A stretch of DNA of 53,523 nt, taken from a virus. Positions 34,557 through 43,571 of this stretch are shown in pieces. The notes beneath the pieces were generated by a model that saw only the letters and a list, made by a program, of their open reading frames with translations, was not told the DNA's origin and made no database searches. How positions within the stretch are numbered: position 1 is the stretch's first letter; each line of letters starts with the position of its first letter. The DNA lies in the IMG/VR virus record IMGVR_UViG_3300029825_000389, positions 1 to 53,523 of that record. One strand, 5' to 3'. Position numbers and translations under genes: made by a program.

Positions 34557-37181
34557 TTATTTAAATGGAATTATGTTATCTTCCAATTCAGTAACATCCT
34601 CAAGCTCAGGTGGAACTATAGAATTTACTTTTAACTTTCTAAGTAATTCTTTATCATAAGTATCAAATTTAATTCCTTTATTATTAATTTTTATAACTTT
34701 ATTTGATACACTTTTTAAGTACCCGGCCTTCATTGCCTGTTTTCTAAAGTCCTTAATCCCCAAAGGTATTATGTCAATATTTCCAACTTTATTTATATAT
34801 TCATTTATTTGATTTATCATTTCAGTAGTTTTTATAAAGATTCCATCACCTCTATATCTAACTACATTTTCACAGTTATAAGCTCGGCCATCTTCTATCA
34901 AGTCATTATATAAATTAATCATACTTTCCACTGCTGAATATGTCTCAACTCCATTTTCCAGTACCTCCGTTTTAATATTTTCCATAACATAATCCACATA
35001 ATTACCTATTGGAGTTATATCATTTTTTTTAAGTAAGATATTAAATATCTCTATGCCGCAGCATATATTTACTGCAGTATTTGAAGGTCTGTCTTTTAAT
35101 CCTTTAATGAGAGGAATAACTTTTTTTCTAATCTCCCTATATTCCTCTACCGTTAAACTTAAAATGGTATCAATTAAGCTCCTTCCAAACTTATTTAAAA
35201 TATCTTCATGCTCAATGATCCACTCCATGGCCTGGGTATGTTTTTCAGTTCGTTCCCTTTTCCCTAAATAAACTATGCAGCTTCTTTCAATTAAAGCTTT
35301 TTCCTGATTAGGATAGCTTTCTTCTCCTGCAATTATCACAGGTCTATTTAATTGGTAATACTCTACATTTAAAGACTTATTTCCTCTGGAAACTGTATCT
35401 CTATCATATAGATTCCTTAAAATATCCGATATTCTCAATATCTTATACCTGTCCATTCTTGAAGGTTTAAATTCATCATATATTTTAGGGTAATTTCCTA
35501 GACTCAATCCCTTTATCATTCCGAAAGGGCTTGCGGCACCTATAGCCTCTTTAGCATTTTTAGGATAATTTAGAATTGGAATTATAACATTTTCCACTAT
35601 AGTAGATTTACCACTCCCTGATTCTCCAACAATTAATAAGTGATGTAGCTTTTGCTTTATCTGTTGGTTTTGATAAACTGCTAAATCATTTATTACAGTT
35701 CCAATTATGGGAATTGTTTTATCTGGAGTAGCAAACTTAAAAATATGTTTTTTTATATCTTTCAATTCTTCTTTGCTTATAGGATCTATTTCTATTATGT
35801 TTACATTGTCTTTTCCATTAGACTTTATATTTTTAAATACTTTTCCATTTCCTATAGCCCCGTCATTAGTTATAAAAATAATCTCTCCATTTTTCTCGGT
35901 GAATTTAACTCCTTGGTGGATTTGTTCTAATTCCAGGGAAAAATATTTATTTATCCAATCCTTTAGGTCCACTAATTCCTCAACTCTGCCCTTAAAACTC
36001 AGATCCAACGTTCCTAAGAAATTTCTGAAACTTCTTACATCATCAAACACTGTCGAGGGTCCTATTTTTTCTATTAAATGCCCTGTAGGAGATTTCAGAA
36101 CTAATTTAACTCCCTCTTGATCTTCATCTTCAAACATGATTCTAGTTGCTTCAACTAAATTGAAATTAGTTAAATATTTTTTATACTTTTCAGCATCTTC
36201 ACCCTTGCCTTTATATGCAATTTTATATACTCCACCTTTATTTTGTTGAAGTTCATATTCAGACTTTAAATCTAAGCTTCTTTCAAACGCATTTAATAAA
36301 TCATTTTTGTCATGACCAGCTTCCAGCCAGTCAGTAACATCTTTGTTATCTCCTAGATTTTTTATCCCAGGTAAATTTATAAATTTGAATGACTTAGCTG
36401 CGCGGAATAGCTTTTTATATATTGACCACTTATATTTTTCTCCGGCTTCTCCAGTATCACCACAAATGTATAAGTATGCATTTTCATACATATACAAATC
36501 TTTTACATTTTTAACACTGGTAGCAACATAATCACTTCTTTTAAGTACAGAGTTAATGTTATTTACATCTTTTTCACCTTCACATATAATTAGTACCTTA
36601 TCTTTTTTAATACCTTCTATAGCGTTATACAGGTTATATGGAAGTTCCTCGGAGCCACGTTTATTAATTACCTTGTCGTTCTCTATATGATAGTAAGAAA
36701 GTCGTTTTTCTCCACTCCCGTTCCTGAATTTAGCTTTAAAATATACTATTTCGTCTTTATCGTTCACAAACGGGAATAGTCCTATAAGCTGCTCATTTTG
36801 CCTGAACTTAGATATTTCCCACTCTATATATCCTTTTACCTTTTCAACTTGTTGCTCTTGGATACTTTTTTCAACTGTAATCCCTAAGTATTCTCTAGCT
36901 TCGTTATATTTCATATTCTTAAGCTTTATTATGAAGTCAATAGCATCTCCAGACTCACCGCAGCCAAAACATTTAAACCTTTCTTTGTTTATATCTGGAT
37001 AAAATTTTACTGCCAGGGAAGGTGTTTTTTCGTTATGGAAAGGGCACTTAATGTACCCCTGTCTATTAAAATGTTCTCCTGTTTCTCTTTCTATTAAATC
37101 TCTTAAGTCAATATCTTGCAGTTCCACCTTCTCACCTCTTTTCCAAAGTACCAATTCTATTTGTTTGCTAACAATTCTCAA
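34557..37181 (-). CDS. Bifunctional primase-helicase (CHC2 zinc finger, Toprim, P4/D5-type helicase)
   Basis: CPFHNEKTPSL...CFGCG zinc finger. ICEGEKD Toprim motif. Walker A GESGSGKST. Confidence 0.85.
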   Translation of the reverse strand: MRIVSKQIELVLWKRGEKVELQDIDLRDLIERETGEHFNRQGYIKCPFHNEKTPSLAVKFYPDINKERFKCFGCGESGDAIDFIIKLKNMKYNEAREYLGITVEKSIQEQQVEKVKGYIEWEISKFRQNEQLIGLFPFVNDKDEIVYFKAKFRNGSGEKRLSYYHIENDKVINKRGSEELPYNLYNAIEGIKKDKVLIICEGEKDVNNINSVLKRSDYVATSVKNVKDLYMYENAYLYICGDTGEAGEKYKWSIYKKLFRAAKSFKFINLPGIKNLGDNKDVTDWLEAGHDKNDLLNAFERSLDLKSEYELQQNKGGVYKIAYKGKGEDAEKYKKYLTNFNLVEATRIMFEDEDQEGVKLVLKSPTGHLIEKIGPSTVFDDVRSFRNFLGTLDLSFKGRVEELVDLKDWINKYFSLELEQIHQGVKFTEKNGEIIFITNDGAIGNGKVFKNIKSNGKDNVNIIEIDPISKEELKDIKKHIFKFATPDKTIPIIGTVINDLAVYQNQQIKQKLHHLLIVGESGSGKSTIVENVIIPILNYPKNAKEAIGAASPFGMIKGLSLGNYPKIYDEFKPSRMDRYKILRISDILRNLYDRDTVSRGNKSLNVEYYQLNRPVIIAGEESYPNQEKALIERSCIVYLGKRERTEKHTQAMEWIIEHEDILNKFGRSLIDTILSLTVEEYREIRKKVIPLIKGLKDRPSNTAVNICCGIEIFNILLKKNDITPIGNYVDYVMENIKTEVLENGVETYSAVESMINLYNDLIEDGRAYNCENVVRYRGDGIFIKTTEMINQINEYINKVGNIDIIPLGIKDFRKQAMKAGYLKSVSNKVIKINNKGIKFDTYDKELLRKLKVNSIVPPELEDVTELEDNIIPFK

Positions 37182-37758
37182 CCTCTGGACTTATATCTGC
37201 ATCCAATTCCTTTAAAAAGTTCCTAACGCTGTAGTAAAGTTTCCTATATATCTCAAAACCAGCATCTTTTCTATCTACAAAAAGCGTGTCATGTAAATAC
37301 AAATCCTGTATGCTGCTTAACCTACCCAAGAAAGCTTTAGGCAGGTACAAGCTTCTGTACTCGCCTGCCTTTATATGCTTCATAGCATCTTTATCCTCGA
37401 TTATTAAATATATCTTAACCCCCTTTGCCTTTGCTCTTTGAAGTTCACGTATGAGCCTTATATCATCATGTGTGTCGGTTTTTTCTGAAAGATTTCCTGC
37501 CAGTTCATCAACTGAATTTTTCCTCTCAATGGCTACTGGGAAATATATATCTCTGTATATCCCCATTTCAGGCCTTTTGGTTATTATTGCAGTATAATCA
37601 CCCTCGTCAATTTTCTTTCTTTTATAAGGCACTTTTACACTGTCAAAGTAGGCTAATATATGGCTGTTTTGCTGTTCACGAGTATCAAAAATTATTTCAA
37701 AATTTTCCTTTAGGAGCTTCTTAATCTCTGTTTCTGAAAATTTATAATGTATTTGCAT
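37168..37758 (-). CDS. ERCC4-type (Mus81/Hef-like) structure-specific nuclease
   Basis: FDTREQ...GDY...VAIERKNSVDELAGNL matches the ERK nuclease motif. Confidence 0.6.
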   Translation of the reverse strand: MQIHYKFSETEIKKLLKENFEIIFDTREQQNSHILAYFDSVKVPYKRKKIDEGDYTAIITKRPEMGIYRDIYFPVAIERKNSVDELAGNLSEKTDTHDDIRLIRELQRAKAKGVKIYLIIEDKDAMKHIKAGEYRSLYLPKAFLGRLSSIQDLYLHDTLFVDRKDAGFEIYRKLYYSVRNFLKELDADISPEVENC

Positions 37759-37770
37759 TTAATCACCTGC

Positions 37771-37926
37771 TTAACTTTCTTTTTCGTTAAAATAATCTTC
37801 AAACAATCTTTCAAAGAAATGTAATTGCTCTAATAATTGTTCATCTGTCATTTTTTTATAGTCCGGTCCATGTCCTGGGGTAAATTTATATTGAGATAAT
37901 TTTTCTAAAATTTCCTTTCTATTCAT
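37771..37926 (-). CDS. 51-aa hypothetical protein
   Basis: SD agggag followed by ATG; MNRKEILEKLSQYKFTPGHGPDYKKMTDEQLLEQLHFFERLFEDYFNEKES. Confidence 0.4.
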   Translation of the reverse strand: MNRKEILEKLSQYKFTPGHGPDYKKMTDEQLLEQLHFFERLFEDYFNEKES

Positions 37927-37952
37927 TTAATTGCTCCCTTATTGCCCTTTTA

Positions 37953-38396
37953 TTAAGCAGCTTGACTAACTGCTATTTTAAAAGGGATGTCGTCCCCGTC
38001 GTCTATTTCCGTATACCCTTCATTACTATTATTTTGCTGTGTATTTTGATTGGAGCTGTAGTTGTTATTGTCATTTCCTTTATCTTGCATAAACTCAAAA
38101 TCACTTACAACAACATCAGTACTCCATCTATTATTACCGTCCTTATCAACGTACTTATTAATTTGTAACCGTCCAACAACACCAAATCTATGTCCTTTTT
38201 GAACATAATTTGCTATTGCTTCAGCTCTCTTCCCAAAACATACACAATTTATAAAATCTGCCTCCTGGGGCTTGTTTTTATCAAATCGTGGCCTATTTAC
38301 TGCAAGAGTAAATTTTGTTATTGCAAGGCCATTGCCAGGAGTATATGAAAGCTCTGGATCACGTGTTAGTCTGCCTACAAGCTGTATATTATTCAT
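37953..38396 (-). CDS. ssb: Single-stranded DNA-binding protein
   Basis: MNNIQLVGRLTRDPEL... OB fold and an acidic C-terminal DDIPF tail. Confidence 0.9.
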   Translation of the reverse strand: MNNIQLVGRLTRDPELSYTPGNGLAITKFTLAVNRPRFDKNKPQEADFINCVCFGKRAEAIANYVQKGHRFGVVGRLQINKYVDKDGNNRWSTDVVVSDFEFMQDKGNDNNNYSSNQNTQQNNSNEGYTEIDDGDDIPFKIAVSQAA

Positions 38397-38411
38397 ATTG
38401 CAATCACTCTC

Positions 38412-39020
38412 CTATGATTTAAGTTTCATTTGCTTTGAATTTTCACCTGGTTCTAAATGTACCTCTAATAAATAACTTGTTTCCATGTCTGCTGTGTAAA
38501 GTGCAACTGCTGCTGGAAATATACTATAGGTGTTATTTAAATTCATTTGCATTTCTTTAGGCTCTGAAGCTCCCATATGCCACCTTATTAAAAATATTTC
38601 TTCTCTAGTCAACCTTATAAAATTTTGTAACATGATTACTGACTTCTCACCATGCCCTATAGGGAAATTGTCTTGTACTTTATAACCTTGGTAACTTTCC
38701 CATCTATTACTATCATTTTTCCTCCAGCATGTTTGTTTATTGTAGAAATTAATTTTACAAAAATCATGTAATAAAGAAGCTATAATTACCGTTTCTTCAG
38801 ATAGTCCTAGATCAAATCTCTTATTCTTTTCTGAAAACAGTGTATAAACATTTAAACTATGCTCTGCTAATCCTCCATCATAATTTCCATGATATTTAGT
38901 TGAGGCAGGGGCTTCAAAGAAGTCACTGTCCTCCATATACTTAACTACTCTCTCTATGCCTTTCCTACTAGTATTTATCAGTAAATCAATTATTTTATCT
39001 TTAATTTCTTCTGGTTTCAT
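38412..39020 (-). CDS. HD-domain phosphohydrolase
   Basis: H...HD pattern (KYHGN...LLHDFCK). Confidence 0.65.
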   Translation of the reverse strand: MKPEEIKDKIIDLLINTSRKGIERVVKYMEDSDFFEAPASTKYHGNYDGGLAEHSLNVYTLFSEKNKRFDLGLSEETVIIASLLHDFCKINFYNKQTCWRKNDSNRWESYQGYKVQDNFPIGHGEKSVIMLQNFIRLTREEIFLIRWHMGASEPKEMQMNLNNTYSIFPAAVALYTADMETSYLLEVHLEPGENSKQMKLKS

Positions 39021-39029
39021 ATTCTCCTC

Positions 39030-39806
39030 CTATAGGTCCATATAAAATATGGTTCTTTCTAATTTCTTTGTAGCTCTGCAATAGTCACATTCTTCACAAC
39101 GTACAGGCCGTTCTCTGCCTTGCCAAACAGCCTTTACTCTATCCATAAGTATTTCAGTTTCAAGAAGCTTGCATTCTATGAATTCCGTACCTAAAAGTAT
39201 AACTGCTTTGTCAGGTATATCCTCCTTAGAAACGGCTATTATATGAGGTTGGAAATAATCATCTGCTTTACGATTTATACGGTCAATTTCACAGTAAATA
39301 GCCATCTGAAGCAGGTAATCATAGTGAGTTATAAAATTTTCATTTCCGTTGAATTTTGAATGAATATTTTTTGTAGTTTTTAAATCGACAATAACTTTTT
39401 TATCAGGGTTATATATATCAAACATGGCTTTCCATGGAATTCCAAACAGTTCCGCAGTTTGAATAACTTCTTTTTGCCCTTCTCTAGCTTGTTTAACTAA
39501 TTCATCATCCTTTAGAGTGTCAATCATCCTATCTGCAATTAAGAAAGTGGATTTTAATTTACCTTTAGTAGCTCCTCTAGATGAATACATTTCTGGATGT
39601 TCGGATTTGAATTCTTCCAGTGTTCCTTCACTCCATGCGTGAACATAACTTCCTAATAAAAGAGCGTCTTTGTTATCGTCTTCCCATTCACTATTAAGCC
39701 TTGCTATTGCTTTGGCTTCACACTTTTTAAAAGATTTAAACAAGCTTACAGACATATATTCTTTGTCATTATCAGGTGTAAAATAATTTTCCTTAGTTAC
39801 TGGCAT
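39030..39806 (-). CDS. PD-(D/E)xK recombination exonuclease (Cas4/YqaJ-like) with a C-terminal Cys cluster
   Basis: IVDLKT motif and CEECDYC. Adjacent to recT. Confidence 0.65.
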   Translation of the reverse strand: MPVTKENYFTPDNDKEYMSVSLFKSFKKCEAKAIARLNSEWEDDNKDALLLGSYVHAWSEGTLEEFKSEHPEMYSSRGATKGKLKSTFLIADRMIDTLKDDELVKQAREGQKEVIQTAELFGIPWKAMFDIYNPDKKVIVDLKTTKNIHSKFNGNENFITHYDYLLQMAIYCEIDRINRKADDYFQPHIIAVSKEDIPDKAVILLGTEFIECKLLETEILMDRVKAVWQGRERPVRCEECDYCRATKKLERTIFYMDL

Positions 39807-40607
39807 TTACTCACCATCCTCAGAAACATTGCTTTCAATATCTTCCTCAACCTCTGCATCAGCTTCAGCTATTTTATTCTCGTCAATGTCTTTTTTATCA
39901 AAGTTTGAAACCTCATGCTTAGGCTCATCCTCAAACTCAAAATTGGAAGTTTCTTGATATGTTTTTTTGGTTTCAACACTGTCAAAATCAAGTTCAATTA
40001 GTTTACATAAACGCCTAAGAACGGTTTTCTTGTACATTTCACCAGGGGTCTTTGTCCATGCCGGACTATTTGGAGCTTTGGAAAAATTCTTTCTTGTGCT
40101 TTCAATTTCTTGCTTGGCCATTGTTTCATACAGCATACTTCCATCTTGGAAGAGGCACACCGCAAATGCCCCTATAATCTCACCATTATTAAATGGTACT
40201 GGTGTAAAATTTATGGTTTGTTGGCCATTAACAATAGCCTCTTGAAAATCGTCATCCTGCCTTACTATTTTGGCGTATATATCCTTTATAGGATTAAAAC
40301 TGTACTTCTTCGCAAGTTTAATCTCGCCCTTATAATCTGTTTGAAATTGCAAATTATCTTTGTATGGTATTGCATAACATTCCTTATTAAAGAAATCTAA
40401 GCCTAGAAATGCGCCCTTTAGCATTGTCCTTGCTACAGTTATAGGCTGACATTGTTCAATTCCCTTAGTGTCCTGTAAAACTGTCATACAGTTTTGTAAG
40501 AACCTTGCTTTGTTGAAATCCTTTGGTAATGCCTCCTGCTTAGTTTCTAGCAGTTTATTTAACATTGTGTGGCTTTCACTTAAAATCACCATTTTTTTAT
40601 CTGCCAT
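39807..40607 (-). CDS. recT: RecT-family single-strand annealing protein
   Basis: Typical RecT core (...CYAIPY...QFQTDYKG...) with an acidic tail. Confidence 0.8.
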   Translation of the reverse strand: MADKKMVILSESHTMLNKLLETKQEALPKDFNKARFLQNCMTVLQDTKGIEQCQPITVARTMLKGAFLGLDFFNKECYAIPYKDNLQFQTDYKGEIKLAKKYSFNPIKDIYAKIVRQDDDFQEAIVNGQQTINFTPVPFNNGEIIGAFAVCLFQDGSMLYETMAKQEIESTRKNFSKAPNSPAWTKTPGEMYKKTVLRRLCKLIELDFDSVETKKTYQETSNFEFEDEPKHEVSNFDKKDIDENKIAEADAEVEEDIESNVSEDGE

Positions 40608-40617
40608 ATTATCCCTC

Positions 40618-40824
40618 CTAAATTATTTCTCCTTCTTTTATGTCCTTTCCAACTGTTTCTAAATAGCGATCTTTTAATGTGTTTCTTATAAAATCTCTAT
40701 CGCCTATAGAAAGAGTGGGTATACTTATTTCAAAAACCTCGCCATCCTTTAGACATTCAGCTGTGATGTAAGTTACATCTGAATGTCGTGTGATGTGTAA
40801 TATCTTAAATTTCAAGTCATCCAT
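40618..40824 (-). CDS. Hypothetical protein
   Basis: ORF in the early operon. Confidence 0.5.
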   Translation of the reverse strand: MDDLKFKILHITRHSDVTYITAECLKDGEVFEISIPTLSIGDRDFIRNTLKDRYLETVGKDIKEGEII

Positions 40825-40831
40825 ACTTATA

Positions 40832-41020
40832 TCAATCCTCCTTGCAAGTAAATTTCAATTCGTCGTCTTGAGGATCATAAGTAACTTTTTCAATGTAATA
40901 TTCAGGATTCTCAGCATCATAAAGTTTATATCCCGTGTCATTTAACATTTGAATTTGATTATTAATTGTTGCTACCAATGCCTTAAATGGTCTGTTTATC
41001 TCATTTATTGGCTTGCTCAT
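40832..41020 (-). CDS. Hypothetical protein (start reset to MSKPINE)
   Basis: SD gggaggt followed by ATG 41020. Start overlaps the end of the upstream gene. Confidence 0.45.
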   Translation of the reverse strand: MSKPINEINRPFKALVATINNQIQMLNDTGYKLYDAENPEYYIEKVTYDPQDDELKFTCKED

Positions 41021-41246
41021 TCTTTTCAACCTCCCTAGGTATTTCGTACCCTGTAGGAGTAATTTCCAGTTCTTCATCACCTAAAAGCTCTATAGATAAA
41101 TTTAACCTTACAGGATAGTCTTTGTAATTCTTTAGCTCAGGAAGGTTATTCCTAACGAGTTTACCTAAGTCTATACTGTTTATGCTTGCGCCATAATCAT
41201 TTACCTCTAACAAACAATTTTCTGATTTTATATTTAATTTTTTCAT
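41001..41246 (-). CDS. Hypothetical protein
   Basis: SD ggagga followed by ATG. Confidence 0.5.
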   Translation of the reverse strand: MKKLNIKSENCLLEVNDYGASINSIDLGKLVRNNLPELKNYKDYPVRLNLSIELLGDEELEITPTGYEIPREVEKNEQANK

Positions 41247-41310
41247 TTTTAATCCTCCATTGACTTATTTCACAATCTAATATAGAATGTGATTAGATTG
41301 TTAAATTTCT

Positions 41311-41475
41311 CTAGTCCTTATGGTAAGGACTTTCTTTTTTTACTTCAAGCCTAAGATTGCAGGCTCTATTCGTGCTTTTACAGGCATTAGGACATTTTTT
41401 ATTCTTCGTGCAGTAAATGCAGCATAAAGCTTCTTTTAAATCAACTGGACATTTGCCAACCTTACAGTAAATCAA
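41311..41475 (-). CDS. 54-aa protein with 10 Cys (putative metal-binding)
   Basis: The TTG start overlaps the stop of the upstream gene (GTTGA) and follows SD gggtgg. (M)IYCKVGKCPVDLKEALCCIYCTKNKKCPNACKSTNRACNLRLEVKKESPYHKD. A hairpin covers the stop codon. Confidence 0.4.
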   Translation of the reverse strand: MIYCKVGKCPVDLKEALCCIYCTKNKKCPNACKSTNRACNLRLEVKKESPYHKD

Positions 41476-41660
41476 CTTACCACCACCCTTTTTATTACTT
41501 TATAAGCTCTTAACGCTATAAGAGATGCTTCATTTAAGTTTGTCCTTTTACCAAATTTAATGCGGTTTTCCCTTATATCATCTGTTGTAATCTGCGAGAC
41601 TTCCTTAAACTCCTGGTCATTTTTTTCAATACCTCCCTCTTTAAATAATTTTCTTAACAC
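41472..41660 (-). CDS. Hypothetical protein
   Basis: ORF overlapping the end of the sigma gene. Confidence 0.5.
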   Translation of the reverse strand: MLRKLFKEGGIEKNDQEFKEVSQITTDDIRENRIKFGKRTNLNEASLIALRAYKVIKRVVVS

Positions 41661-42192
41661 ACTATCATCTCCCTTCTCAAAATTTCAAATGCTTCTCTTT
41701 TACGTTTATATAGTGTACCTTTAGGTATATTTATTGTCTTTGAGATTTCCTCCCACGTAAATTCATAAAAGTACTTCATTAAAATAATTTTTCTTAAAAA
41801 TTTAGGTAACTTATTTAGTGCTATCTTTAAATCCAAATTACTATATTCCGATACATCACCCATTATTAAATCCACCATTGGAGTACCTTCTTGATTCCCC
41901 ACTAATTTATCAAGTGAAACCGGGGCATATGACTCTTTTGTTCTGTCTTTTACCCTTTTAGCAATATACCAACTATCATTTCGTGCAAGATTAATTACGT
42001 GTCCTTCAACATATTTATAGGCATAATTAAGAAAACTGGGACCTTCAGACTTATTAAAATTCTTAGCAGCCTTCATTAGACCTACACAACCTGCCTGAAA
42101 CATATCATCATAGCTATATCTATATTTGAATTTTGCATATTGCTTACGGGTAATTTGTGTACCATTGGAATATAGTCCTCTACGTTAATCAA
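41654..42192 (-). CDS. Sigma-70-family (ECF/late-gene type) RNA polymerase sigma factor; the reading frame needs a -1 shift at 42154-42156
   Basis: Region 2.2 DDMFQAGCVGLMKAAKNF and region 4 LRKIILMKYFYEFTWEEISKTINIPKGTLYKRKREA. SD ggggagg plus TTG 42192 opens a frame reading INVEDYIPMVHK (region 2.1-like). The main frame then continues ITRKQYAKF... with no start codon of its own. Confidence 0.6.
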
Positions 42193-42380
42193 CTCTTTTT
42201 CCTCCCCTCAATCTCTGTCTTAACTGCTGCAATCCTTGCTTTAACTTTCTGTCCTTCTCTTTCTTCTTTTACTAAACTACCTAGCAGCATATACAGTCTA
42301 AAAAGCTTGGTCTCCTTTAGACCTGTTTTAAACTCTTCACTGCCTATTGGCTGCCTGTACCATGGCTTGTCCTTATTCAT
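42189..42380 (-). CDS. Hypothetical protein
   Basis: ORF whose stop overlaps the sigma TTG start (TTGA). Confidence 0.45.
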   Translation of the reverse strand: MNKDKPWYRQPIGSEEFKTGLKETKLFRLYMLLGSLVKEEREGQKVKARIAAVKTEIEGRKKS

Positions 42381-42394
42381 TTAATTCACCTTCC

Positions 42395-42748
42395 CTATTT
42401 AAATATTAGAAATGCAATAATTGTTAAAAGTATAAATGCAATAATCACAAGTAACCGTCTATCATTCTTTAACACCCTGCAAGACTGTATGAGTTCTATA
42501 TTGTTTTTTCCTGAAGCCTTTAATAAATTCTCATAGCTAAAGCATAATTTTTTCCATTCTGAACAAGTTGTTTGTATTAGTCCTGCTAAAGCTGCCATAT
42601 AACTCTCATTAAGTCTCTTATATTCCTCTAGAAATTCAAGTCTAGATTCCTGGCTTGTTTCATTTTCAATACGTACACTAATTTTCTTTATATCACTATA
42701 TAGTGCATCACATTTTCTATAGCTTTCTATATCACCTGCGTTGCTCAT
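42395..42748 (-). CDS. Hypothetical protein with a C-terminal TM anchor
   Basis: Strong SD ggggggaggagg. C-terminus LLVIIAFILLTIIAFLIF. Confidence 0.55.
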   Translation of the reverse strand: MSNAGDIESYRKCDALYSDIKKISVRIENETSQESRLEFLEEYKRLNESYMAALAGLIQTTCSEWKKLCFSYENLLKASGKNNIELIQSCRVLKNDRRLLVIIAFILLTIIAFLIFK

Positions 42749-42810
42749 TATTCTATATAACCTCCTCCCCCCACCTTATTTATTTGAATATTCTGTCAAA
42801 TAAGTATATA

Positions 42811-42981
42811 TTAATTAAAAGTAACTTCTATCATGTCTATTAATTTGTCATTAATTTCTATCTTATCTCTCAGCTGCCTATTCTTTGATTGCAAATCACT
42901 TATCATTGAATGTTTAACATCATCACTAAAATTACTAAAGTAATTATTAATGAATTCTCCTTCTCTGCCTGTTGTGTTCAT
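42811..42981 (-). CDS. 56-aa hypothetical protein
   Basis: MNTTGREGEFINNYFSNFSDDVKHSMISDLQSKNRQLRDKIEINDKLIDMIEVTFN. Confidence 0.4.
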   Translation of the reverse strand: MNTTGREGEFINNYFSNFSDDVKHSMISDLQSKNRQLRDKIEINDKLIDMIEVTFN

Positions 42982-43064
42982 TTAATTCAGCCCCTTACAT
43001 ATATTTCTAAAGGTTTTTATTCTTATTTTGCAGAACTCTATCATCACTGAAAGGTGGTGATATT

Positions 43065-43262
43065 ATGCAAAAGATTGTCTCTGGTTACTGCCCAAAATAT
43101 AATATTAAGAGTTCCATTAACATTGAATATGAAGAAGTGCGAATGTGTGGACACCCCAAAATTTATTATAAAAAAGGTGGCTTTTATTGTGAAAAATCTA
43201 ATTGTCAAGGATGTAATTTAGATCCTTGTCCTATTTATTCAAAAGCTCCAAATAGTCTTTAA
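43065..43262 (+). CDS. 65-aa Cys-rich protein A2, paralog of 18075..18296
   Basis: SD aaggtggtgat followed by ATG. Conserved Cys pattern. The upstream region is also similar (ttcttattttgcagaac versus ttcttttgtagaat). Confidence 0.65.
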   Translation: MQKIVSGYCPKYNIKSSINIEYEEVRMCGHPKIYYKKGGFYCEKSNCQGCNLDPCPIYSKAPNSL

Positions 43263-43265
43263 CTG

Positions 43266-43544
43266 TTATTCTCTTTTATTGAAACCAAACAAGCCATTTT
43301 TTCTGGCATATTTAAGAGGACTAAATTTTACGCCAGTTAACTTTGTTAATGTTTCAAAATGACTATAGGCATCAAAATGGTCATTTTTCCAACATTGTTT
43401 TTGATATTTGCAAGTTTCACATGGAGTTGCGAAGCTTGCAACCTTTTTCTCCTTCATATCCTCTATAAAATTAGTTAAATGCCATGCTGCACAAAATAAA
43501 TCTTTCTGTTCCTTTTCTCCTAATTCAATTGCTTTCTTACTCAT
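43266..43544 (-). CDS. 92-aa Cys-containing protein B2, paralog of 18235..18522; convergent with A2
   Basis: Aligned CxxC...C core and F..L..L.G motif. Confidence 0.55.
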   Translation of the reverse strand: MSKKAIELGEKEQKDLFCAAWHLTNFIEDMKEKKVASFATPCETCKYQKQCWKNDHFDAYSHFETLTKLTGVKFSPLKYARKNGLFGFNKRE

Positions 43545-43571
43545 TCATTTCACCTTCTTTCATAGCTTGTA

